Source: Octopus vulgaris (lineage: Eukaryota). Taken from it: 64,000 bases of DNA. Shown piece after piece: positions 53,196-64,000 of the stretch. Positions within the stretch are counted from its first letter, which is position 1. Each line of letters begins with the position of its first letter. The notes under the pieces were generated by a model. The model made no database searches and had not been told where the DNA came from. It saw only the letters and a list, made by a program, of their open reading frames with translations. Location: contig OX597826.1 in NCBI GenBank assembly GCA_951406725.2, positions 80,972,001 to 81,036,000 of the forward strand, written 5' to 3'. A program made the position numbers and the translations under genes.

Positions 53196-53300
53196 ACACT
53201 TGCTTTGGCACTACATATGCTTCAATTGGAATGATACAGTGAAGATTAGCAGACGTTGCATGCGAGGATGACCTGCAAATTGTGAAATATTCCATATTTT
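53196..53300 (+). pseudogene. U6 snRNA pseudogene, full length and diverged
   Basis: cttgctttggcactacatatgcttcaattggaatgatacagtgaagattagca...gaggatgacctgcaaatt-gtgaaatattccatatttt aligns end to end with U6; ACAGAGA box mutated to ACAGTGA; (CA)n upstream instead of PSE/TATA. Confidence 0.88.
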
Positions 53301-53694
53301 ACGTTTTAACCCATTTGTGCCAAAATTTTTCTAGTGAATGAAATTGCCTGAAAATTCACAGATTCTATTATTTTGATCTAAATAACAACTGAAAAGAAAT
53401 TTCATTGAAACCCATTTGATAGAGACTGCGTACACATTAAGAACATGTTTCATTCTTTGATACAGATCATACACAAATCACAATTTGTATCAAGTATTTG
53501 TTTTATACCCTTATAAATTAAGGGTCAGTTTTAACAGACGATTGGCATGAATGGGTTGAGCAGAGTCATAACTGTGTGCTCTGGGGCAAGTGTCTTTTAC
53601 GATAGCCCCAGGTCAACCAGTGGCTTCTGAATGAATTTGGTGAGTGGAAACTGTGGCAGGCTGTTGTGTGTGTGTGGGGGGAGTGTGCTTTCAG

Positions 53695-54100
53695 TTCTCT
53701 GCAATCACGTCCTTCACTCTGTTCCATTCTCGAATGATTTCCTTCCAAATATACTCCCACCAATGATATTCCTAGCAAAGACCTTTCCATGGCCCTTTCT
53801 GTCGTAGCCAATCAATGTTCTTCCCTCTTCGTAGCAGCCCATGTCTCACTTTTGCACAAGAGCACAGCTAGTAGGATGATGCTGTTGAAGAGTCTGGCGT
53901 GCAGGGTGTTGCCTAGCTTTATTTCGAGTGCATCGTTCATTGAGTTAAATGCCTTCCATCTCACCCTTATTCTCTTTGAGATTTCAACATCCCTATACCA
54001 ACACATACCCACTGAGTGCCCTAAAGAGATGGACTCCTTTACCCCTTCCGTTTCATTGATACCCACCTCTGTTTGGCCTTGTGCTGCCTTCTGGCCACAT
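53695..54100 (-). mobile_element. RTE-1-type LINE RT C-terminal remnant
   Basis: EGVKESISLGH...EISKRIRVRWKAF...ARLFNSIILLAVL..SETWA.TK...ATTERAMERSLLGISL. Confidence 0.85.
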
Positions 54101-54109
54101 ATCATTTGT

Positions 54110-54201
54110 GTATATCTGTCTGTCTGTCTCTGTCTGTATATCTATCTTTCTATCTGTCTATCTATATATCTATCTATCTATCTATCTGTCTATCTATATG
54201 A

Positions 54202-54232
<31 letters not shown>

Positions 54233-54275
54233 ATGATATCTATCTATCTATCTATCTATCTATCTGTCTATCTAT

Positions 54276-54308
<33 letters not shown>

Positions 54309-54410
54309 GTCTATCTATATGATATCTATCTGTCTATCTATTTATCTATATGATATCTATCTATATATCTGTCTATCTATCTGATATCTATCTATATCCC
54401 TACCTATCTA
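54110..54410. repeat. (TCTA)n microsatellite with higher-order tctatatgata interruptions
   Basis: Direct reading. Confidence 0.95.
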
Positions 54411-55477
54411 CACACACACACACACACAAATATGAACTATCCTATCCATACCAGCATAGAAAATGGGTATTAAATGATGATGATGATATATACGTACAGA
54501 CACACACACATACACACCACAGACATGCGTAACAGTGGTGGAGGAAAAGTAGAAAAGAGCTTTCCGAGCTTTCTTAGTCCCCCTCTCAGTGTTGGTCGGT
54601 TGGCTGGCTGGCTGGCTAGCCGGTTGGTTTAGTTGGCTGCCTGGTTGATCCATCAGATCAAAAAGAAATGGTCAATAACAGATCAATCGGGCAATCAATA
54701 TAGAAATAAAGCAAAATAAACGAATAAAGAAATAAGGCCGTGTGTTAACATAATTGCTTTTAATTAGGCTTGAATTTCATATGCTAGAAGTGTTGAGTTG
54801 AGTAACTTGCCCAGGGAGTTGGGAGGCCAGCATAACATCTGCAGAGGAAAATGGAAATGTTGCCAAAATGTTATTTTGGTACAATATCTGCTTGTAATTC
54901 ATAATACAAGCTAATGAAACCCCACCAAAAGCCAGGAATTTGGTGGCACTTCCTCTTCTAACTTGTTTAACTGCCAGCTCAGATGAAGCAGACCTATCAT
55001 CAAAGGCATTCTATCAAAGAAGATATTTAAAAAAAAATTTTTTTAGTTTTTGCACATATAGTGTTCCTTGGTCTGCATTAAAAATTTGATTTGAGGGTGA
55101 TTTAGTTTCTATTTTTAGCAGGTTGAGAGACTGTGTGAAAGCTCTTGTTAGCTCATTCTCTGGTTAGTCACTACGATGTGTGAAGACTCAGCATGGCCCA
55201 GAATGCGACAAGGCTAGCCCCTTTGAAATACGGGTACAACTCGTTTTTAGCAGCTGAGTGGACTGGAGTGACATGAAATAAAGTGTCTTGCTCAACAACG
55301 CAACCCACTGCTGGGAATTGAACTCCTGATATTACAATCACGAACTGAACACCCTAACCATTAAGCCACACTGTTTATTAAATGGCTGAATGAATTCATT
55401 TAGGGATTTATTCTGCCCCCTTTGGAAATACAAACACCACTAAGTTAATCATGATGGTATTCACAAATACAAAAATA

Positions 55478-55709
55478 AAGGCGGCGAGGAGCTGACAGAA
55501 ACGTTAGCACACCGGAAGAAATGCTTAGCGGTATTTCGTCTGCCACTACGTTCTGAGTTCAAATTCCGCCAAGGTCGACTTTGCCTTTCATCCTTTCGGG
55601 GTCAATGAAATAAGTACCAGTTACGCACTGGGGTCGATATAATAGACTTAATCCATTTGTCCTTGTTTGTCCTCTCTGTGTTTAGCCCCTTGTGGGTAGT
55701 AAAGAAATA
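55478..55709 (+). mobile_element. Full-length family B SINE with 18-bp TSD
   Basis: TSD ggtattcacaaatacaaa at 55456-55473 and 55710-55727. Confidence 0.92.
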
Positions 55710-55955
55710 GGTATTCACAAATACAAACTTATACCATGGGCTTCCACAGCATTGATTGTCTTAAGGCTGTGGTGGAGGAAACTTGCCCAAGGTGCTGTGC
55801 AGTGGATCAACATGAAATAAAGTTTCTTGCTCAAGAGCACAATGCCTTGTGAGATATAGAACTCAGGAGCTGAATACACTAACCATTTAACCATTTGCCT
55901 TTGTACTTGGTATAAAGTTCATTTAAATGGCAGGGACGGAGTATGTTCGTTATAT

Positions 55956-56250
55956 TGTTTGTTCCTTCTCGAGCCATGCCTGGCTCATAAAGGCCGGTTT
56001 CCTTGGCGTATAGGTTCCCCACCTGGACAGGATGCCGGTCCATCGCAGGTGAGCTGCAAGATGCAGGAGGAAAGAGTGAGAGAAAGTTGTGGCGAAAGAG
56101 TCAGCAGAAGCTCACCATTACCTTCTGCCAGAGCCACGTGGAGCTTAGGTATTTTGCTCATAAACACACACATTGCCCGGTCTGAGATTCGAACCCGCGA
56201 TCCCTCGACCATGAGTCTGCTGCTCTAACCACTAGGCCATGTGCCTCCAC
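55956..56250 (-). mobile_element. tRNA-derived SINE (group D, body alpha + tail 3) with TSD
   Basis: TSD atgttc(g/a)ttatat at 55943-55955 and 56251-56263; head and body as 33726, tail as 22300-22397. Confidence 0.88.
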
Positions 56251-58851
56251 ATGTTCATTATATATTACGTCAATATTTACCCAATGTTGACTTAGGTTTA
56301 AAGAAAACAATATCAACAACAACATCCACAACATAGTCATTTAGTACAATGCCCAACCATTTCCAACCACTTTACTTTCTTTAAAGTTAAAATAAATCAA
56401 TGAAATGCACAAACCTTTCAGTTTTGTCCATTAATCACTGCTCACAATTGGAGCATTGATGTTGTTGTTTGTGCTGTTGTTGTTATTAATGTTATTGTTG
56501 TTGGTGGTGGTGGTGTTGGTGTTGATGTTGTAGTTTTTGTTGTCTAGCTACCAAGTTAACCTTAACTGAGCAAGCCTATGATCAGAAACATTCCAGTTGT
56601 GACCATCCAAGATTTTTTCATACATCTTGGTCTCTATTGCTCAGTGAATCCTTCATTTAAAATGATTCTGGTGGAGTGGGATTTAAGGACGATTTGGCTG
56701 CTCTTTCTAGCAATTGTATGCTTGGAGGCTCCCTCGTTAGTCATTGAAATGCCTTCTGTGGGCAGTATTCAACTATTTCTTTACTTTGTCACAACATGCT
56801 CCTAGGTACATAAAAAGATGGGTTGGCCACATGTGGAATGTCCCCAATCTCATGGTTCTGGGTTCAGTCTTACTGCATGGCATCTTGGGCAAGTGTCTTC
56901 TACTATAGCCTCGGGCTGACCAAAGCCTTGCAAGTGGACTCGGTAGATGGAAACTGAAAGAAGCCCATCATGTGTGTGTGTATGTGTCCCTCACCACTAT
57001 TTGACGACCAGTGTTGGTGTGTTTATGTTCCTGTAACTTAGCAGTTTGGCAAAAGAGACCAGTGGAATATGTAACAGGCTTAAAAAATAATTAGTACTCG
57101 GGTCAATCTGTCCTACTAAAATTCTTCAAAGCATTGCTCCAGCATGGGCTTAGTCTAATGATGGAAACAAGTAAAAGAGAAAAGATGAAAGAATCGAGAC
57201 TGACTGCGGGGTTAAACAGAATCAATAATGATAAAAACATTTGTTATTGGAAATGGGGGGGTGGGGTGGGGGAGAAGAGTTTCCAAAGAATTATTTTCCA
57301 ATAAATTGTGTCTGGGAACAAAACATTTAACACTGAAGTCACATGGTCCAACTAGCAATTCGGTAACAATGGTTCGGAACGACTCACTCACCACAGTAAG
57401 CATCATCGATAGCATCCCACCTTCCTCTTTCTTCTGACAATGGATGAGGACTTTGTGTAGAGTTCGACTCCTGAGAACATAGAACTTAGTGAAGGACGGC
57501 TTCCATCTCATGCGAAGAACAGCTTCCACAAAACTGACTCGGTAAGAGTTTTAATTTAAGGAAAATTCCTTCTTCCATGCTGTGTGCTGGTGCCACATGA
57601 AAAGCACTCATGCTGGTGCTACATGAAAAAAATCGACCCATACCAATTTTTAAGCTTGGTATGTATTGTATCAGTCATTTTTGCTGAATCACTAAGTTAC
57701 GGAGATGTAAACCAACCAACAGCAGTTGAGAAGCAGTGAGGTGACAGACATTGATATATACATACATATATATATATATATATTCATGCAGTTGAATATA
57801 TGTCCAATTTTAGGGAAGTGGGCTATTTGATTATATCGACCTCAGTATGCAGCTGGTACTTATTTTTTCAACCCCAAAAAGGATGAAAGGCAAAAGTTGA
57901 CCTTGGCAGAATTTGAACTCAGAACCATGGAGCATTTTGCCTGGCATGCTAATGAGTCTGCCAGCTCAATGTCTTAAACCTGCAACTTATATTAAAATTA
58001 TAAATGGTGGCACGCTGGCAGAACTATCAACATGCTGGATGAAATGCTTGGCGGCATTTCGTCCATCTTTACGATCTCAGTTCAAATTCCACCAAGGCCT
58101 TTGCCTTTCATTCTGGTGGGGGTTGATGTAATTGATTTACCCCCTGCCCTGAAATAACTGGCCTTGTGCCAAAATTTGAAACCAATATAACAATTACGAA
58201 TATAGAATCGAGCAAAAACCACTCAAAACTACATTTGCATATAATTAACCTATTTACCATTGTGTCTAGAGGAACCCTGGTGACCTTTCAGAGAACCCTA
58301 CGGTTCTCAGGGAAACCTCGTTTGAGAGACACTGACCTAGCAGCTTCCAATGAGGAAGCTTTGATCTCTCACAATTGAATGAACCAGTGACAGGCAAAGG
58401 CAAAAAAATGTGTGCCAAGACATATTGTTTAACATTCAGTGATATCAATGCAGCAACACACATAAATGTTCTTCCATATTAGCCGCCATCACTGCACGTT
58501 TGCATCTGTATTTGTTACAAATAACATTATTTGCTTACTTCCTCCAGCAATACTAAATCATATTAAGTTATTGTATCACAAAATATTTTGCTTAAATTAT
58601 TCTTATATATTTTTATTGATTCATCACCAGGAATAAAATCTGTTGATTAAAAAAACAAAACAAAAACAATCCTAAATCTTGAGATATTTTACAGGTTTCT
58701 GTGTATCTTTTACTCTAACCTTTTATCAGATATTGCATATTAGTCTCTTTGTCTGTCTCTCTCTCTCTCCTCTTTCTTTCTATCTCTCTGTTTCCGTTCT
58801 TTTCTCTTTTACTTTCTGACCCTCTCTCTCTCCTCATTCACAGTTCTGTTC

Positions 58852-58916
<65 letters not shown>

Positions 58917-59786
58917 TCTTTTCTCTTTCATACACATTTATGTGGCTTCCATTGAGTATTATGTAAAGTTCTTGAAGTAAGCTAATAAACCAGAACATAT
59001 TGAAAATCTAATCTTACATTTACTCTAATTTTGTTTTGAAGGGGGAAAAAACCTATTTTTTTCATATTCTTCTTCACTCAAACAAATCCATTTATTTTTA
59101 TACTTTCATATTTTTATACAGTTTTCAAAAAAGCCCATTTTTCTTCTTGATGTTGTTATTATTGAAGCAGACATCATGGTGCATTACAATATTCTGTTGA
59201 TTTGTTCATAATTTAATTTTAATTCTTACAAAATACAACTTCACTCACAACCTGGACTCTTTAGTTCTCTTGAGGAAATCCATTTTTTAAAATCATGTCC
59301 TGCCAGAGGCGTCGGATTGGCTCTTTATAAAAAGAAAGAATGGAGTGAGCATAATTGGAAACAAATCGTTATTGTTGATTAACCCTAGGGCAACCCTGTT
59401 TGAGTAGACCAATGATCAAAGACATTCCAGCTTTGACCATTCAAACATTTTGTCTGTACAGGAATACACTGTCTAATGTGTCCTTCATTTTTTAATATGG
59501 TTGGATGAGATTTAAGGGATTTATCTGCTATTTCTAACAAGTCAGTTGACCATAGAGGGGCTGTGTTGTTGTTATCTTCATTTGCACAAAGAACATCAAG
59601 CAATGAGAGTTCTCCCACTGGTACCATACTGGACCAAACTGCACCCTTCTTACCAGGTGACACCCGTCTTGGTCAGGGTTTCTTGTACAGCCCTTTGTCA
59701 GGTCTTCACTGGTTCTCCTCTCCTTCTCTTTCCTCCTTTAACTTGCCAGTCTCTCCAATGGTAAGCATCTACATTAAAATTCCAAG

Positions 59787-60490
59787 TCATCATCATCGTT
59801 TAACGTCCGCTTTCCATGCTAGCATGGGTTGGACGTTTTGACTGAGGACTGGCGAACCAGACGGCCGCACCAGACTCCAATCTTGATCTGGCAGAGTTTC
59901 TACAGCTGGATGCCCTTCCTAACGCCAACCACTCCGAGAGTGTAGTGGGTGCTTTTACATGCCACCAGCATGAGGGCCAGTCAGGCAATACTGGTAATGG
60001 CTACGCTCAAATGGTGTTTTTTACGTGCCACCTGCACAGGAGCCAGTCCAGCGGCACTAGCAACGACCTTGCTTGAATGTTTTTTCATGTGCTGGTAACG
60101 ATCATGCTCAAATGGTGCTTTTTACATGCCACTGGCACAGAAGCCAGTTTGCTGCTCTGGCAACGATCACACTCGGATGGTGCTTTTTACGTGCCACTGG
60201 CACAGAAGCCAGTTTGCTGCTCTGGCAACGATCACACTCGGATGGTGCTTTTTACGTGCCACTGGCACAGAAGCCAGTTTGCTGCTCTGGCAACGATCAC
60301 ACTCGGATGGTGCTCTTAGCACTCCACTAGCACGGATACCAGTCATTGAATTTGATTTCAATTTTGAATTCACTTGCCTCAACATGTCTTCGCAAGCAGA
60401 GTTTAGTATCCAATGAAGGAACGGTATGCATAAGTGGGTTGGTTACACCCCTGGCATAGACCACAAGATTATGGTCTCACTGGCTTGCCA
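59787..60490 (-). mobile_element. RTE 3' UTR-type element (family C) with three near-identical 65-bp tandem units (60114-60308)
   Basis: Unit ggtgctttttac(a/g)tgccactggcacagaagccagtttgctgctctggcaacgatcacactcggat at 60114, 60179 and 60244; (CAT)n tail at 59787. Confidence 0.88.
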
Positions 60491-63400
60491 GTGGAAATGG
60501 TGAAGTCAGAGTTTTGTTGTTTTGTCATCATCATCATTTAGCATCCATTTTGGTTGCTGGCAGAAGCTGGACAGTTTGAAGGAACTGGTAAGCCAGAGAT
60601 CCACACCAGGTTCCTGTTGACTACTCTGGCATGGTTTCTATCATTAGACGCCCTTCCTAATGCCAACCACTATACAGTGTCATAGGTGCTTTTTACGTGG
60701 CACCAGCATGGATGCTTTTTACATGGCACCAACATGGGTGCTTTGTACATAGCACCATGATGTATATATTTTGCAGTCTCTCATTACTGAACTGAACTGA
60801 TAAATGTGTTGAATTTTGCTCTTAAGTTCTATGCTGTTAAAATAAAAAGAAAACAAATGATAAAACAAATGGAAATGTTCCACCAGAATCTACACAGGAT
60901 TGAACCCTTCACCTCTACTCTTTCCCCTAGATATCCAGAATTGATTCAACCATCTGCAAGTCCTTTTAGATCGTTACAGGTTCATTCAATCAGTCGTTGA
61001 TTTTACTAATTATATTCTTAGGCACCAACAATTACTTAAACCAATTCCTCTCCATCTTCTGGATCCTAAGACTTCATTCAACCAACTCTACTCTTTCCCT
61101 CTACAATTATTAGCTTTGGTTTTTGGATAAAATGGATCTTTAAGTTGCTCAGAGGTACAAGAGAAGGAAGCTGGGAGTAATTGTATATGCATTATTCTTA
61201 GAATTGCCATTGTTTAACCCCGAGACCATTTCTGATTTAAGACAGTCCATTTGTGAACATTTCATTTATTCAGACATAATGAATTTGGAGGAACCACATT
61301 GTTTGATGTTTCTTTTCCCTTTTTAATGGATATGATTTGGTAGTGGTTTGGCTGCTGTTTCTAGCCGGTCAAGTAAATACATTTAGGCTCCCTCTAGAGT
61401 TTTTAAGCCATTGTGTTAATCTGTCTTAGAATGTTTAAACGCAGATTTCCTTCTCATCATCATCATCATCATTTAACATCTGTTTACTATGTTGGCATGA
61501 GTTGGATGGTTTGACAGGAGCCTGGCATGGTTTCTATGGCTACATGTCCTTTGTAACACCAACCACGTTACAAAGTGTACTGAATGCTTTTTACGAGGCG
61601 CCAGCATAAAATAGTGAATCACTAGCTTCTCATGAGTCTGGTTCAAAATATCCATCTGTAACCATTCCACTTCATCTACATTGCTTTATACTCTCAAGAA
61701 AGGTGTGAATAATATCCAATAATAATTCTTTCAATTAACACTTAAATATGTTCTGAACGAATGAAAGTTTTTCTACATTGTCACGCGTATTGTTCATGTT
61801 AGGATGGGAAAATTTGCTTAACCCTTTAATATTTGAACCAACCAATTCAGTTGTAAATACTCTGCCTGTTTTATGTGTATATTGGCCACATTCAGCTTCT
61901 CACACCTACCCTACAATGTCATTCGAAATCTCATCAAAATCTCAAAGGTACGAAATAATGCATGATTAATTCAAACGAGCATCACAATCGACAGTAATCT
62001 GAATGCCAATGGGTTATGTGTGTTGCAGTATCTGCTTAAAAATCCTGAGGGAACCTCTACATGGTTGCTCACCCGGCTAGAAAAAGTAGCAAAATATCCC
62101 TCAAATCATATGCAACCAGCTTTCAAAAAGGGGACTCATTGAATATTGTGGTTCTGGACTCACTATATCTGAATATGAGATGGAATGGTCACAGCTAAAA
62201 ATAGTAATCAATTAGATATATATATATATATTTATGAAAACAAGATGTAGTGGTCACAAGTGGAAAGTCTTTGATTCTAGATCTGCTCAATTATATCAAT
62301 AACATGTGTTCTTTTTTGTTTGTTTATTTTTTTTTTAAGTTCAAACTAAGCTGAGAAGATTTAAAAGGAAATTGTTCCAGATTTTAAGAACCATAATTTA
62401 CCAAGACCTATCTACTTTGGCAGCTTTGCTGACTGGCACCTGGTAACAATAAAAGCATTCTCTTGGATTGAAAGTGAAGTAGTTTGAAGAATTGATGCAA
62501 AACTGTTGATTCTCTGTAAAACTTGTGTGATGCCATCTGCGATAGAGTGCTGCTTATGCGATGATAATTGGTTGCTGCTTCTGCTGCTGTTTCTCCCTAA
62601 ATCACAACCAAAAGTAGACCAATTAGTTTTATTAACAAAGATTCATTTAATGTTTTAACCACTGGCCGCTCACAGTAACTGGATGTTTCTTCTCGTTACT
62701 TCTTGTGCAATAATTGCCTCCTCTTCTTGTCTAAACCATCCTAGACAAATTGATGTACCTACCTCACTCCTCATCATCCCACCTGCATCTCATCTCATCT
62801 CTCTACCCTTAGTCATTCCCCCCTCCCACCCCACCACTCAATCTTGACCCATATGTTTGCTACCCGTGTCAACTTCCGGAAGTTTTAGCATGAACCACAT
62901 CAACTTCACCTGTTTTGGACAATCTATGAAGAATATGGGTTGGGGGCCAGCCTTACTCCACTGTTGAAGAAAATGGTTTGTCGACTGACTACTTGAAGGT
63001 TTCTGTGTGTCTGTAGATTATCTCTGATGAAGTTCTTAACTTGAAGGTAATCAAGAAATTCAAGAACAGACTGCATAAGTATCAGGAACATCTTAACTTT
63101 GAAACTCATCTTTTAATATGCAGAAAAGGCACATGAAGAAAATGCTAATGTTTGCCATACAACATTCAAGCATTGCCACTATTTTGCCAAATCCTGCTGA
63201 ATTTCACTTAGAATTTTTGGTTCTCCAAAGTTTATAAGTTGACTTTTCTTTTTTCCTGTAAGTTTTGGTCTGCAAAATTCAACCTGTTTGCTGAAGAATA
63301 TGGTATTCATTTACTGACTGTAAAAACTGAAGTGTTTCTTTTTTAACTGTTAATAGATTTTCTCTTTTCGGTGCCATTGTAGAATGGTATCTGTTATTTT

Positions 63401-63920
63401 AAAGAAAAATATTCTCTAACTCTGTTTGCAATGGTAATTGTTTGCTATGTGAATGAAAATTTTCTTCTAACAGTAATTTAGAATAACAACCGTTAGGTAC
63501 TTGAATGAAAAAAATGTTCTCTAATCCTAAATAATTAATTGAATGACTACTAATCAGTGTCTTTTTGCACTAAATTAAGAACAAATGAGCACAGGTGGAC
63601 TACATCTGATTAGAAGTTGTTCACCTGATCTCTGCCATAATTCCCACATTTGTGGGTATAAAGGATATTAACCGAGAGGTGAACCAGGGTTGTTGGGATG
63701 GTAGAATAATAAGCTTAGTCTCAATTTTGAGACATTCTAGAATTGTGTTTAGCTTTCTCAGAGATTACCAATATTCTATGTTGCAATGTTGGATTTGTGT
63801 TTATTCTTTAAAGAAATCCTACCATCAATACAAACAGAATGTCTCAAGTGTTTTAGCGTTCTTTTTACATGTTTATTTACTTACCTGTTGTCATGTTCTT
63901 TTTTTTTTTTTTGGTGTGTT

Positions 63921-63952
<32 letters not shown>

Positions 63953-64000
63953 TGTGTGTGTGTGTGTTTGTGTGGTGGTGCAACTTTTTGAAATACTGAG

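Noticed and set aside
59563-59760. Possible Gypsy integrase tail (F.PGD.VLVR)
   Set aside because: Only a short frameshifted motif; not enough to support a call.
60010-60320. CRISPR-like repeat array
   Set aside because: The 'spacers' are identical, it lies inside a retroelement tail, the context is eukaryotic and there are no cas genes.
62924-63109. 'LQVKNFI' as PGAP2 exon 2
   Set aside because: It is on the minus strand (opposite to exon 1) and lacks the following PS.S motif; more likely a decayed LINE (F.YLQV..FI) fragment.

Overview
AT-rich, microsatellite- and SINE-saturated animal genomic DNA; the repeat repertoire points to Octopus (inferred from sequence style, not a database match). 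The only host gene I can support is the first coding exon of a PGAP2-like (Frag1/DRAM/Sfk1 family) gene on + (ATG 10724, phase-0 donor after 10882). It is preceded by a long CpG- and trinucleotide-rich leader and followed by an intron that appears to run past the window end (>53 kb). Nearly all ORF-track entries are microsatellite or transposon artefacts. The rest is transposon debris: Penelope-like (PLE) RT and GIY-YIG remnants, RTE/CR1/Tx1 LINE pieces, DD37D (maT) and Tc1 transposases, a Chapaev-like remnant, hAT and piggyBac MITEs, a non-autonomous Helitron, several tRNA-SINE families and a U6 pseudogene. The strongest signal is a set of unrelated, short non-coding PLE-type insertions carrying minimal hammerhead-ribozyme folds; two have inverted terminal duplications and TSDs. 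One has a reciprocally swapped G3-C8 core (GUGAACA, 27150-27200). Another fuses a Pol III tRNA-like head to the hammerhead module (19012-19404). A tRNA-SINE group also shows combinatorial body/tail shuffling. All alignments and folds were done by eye.
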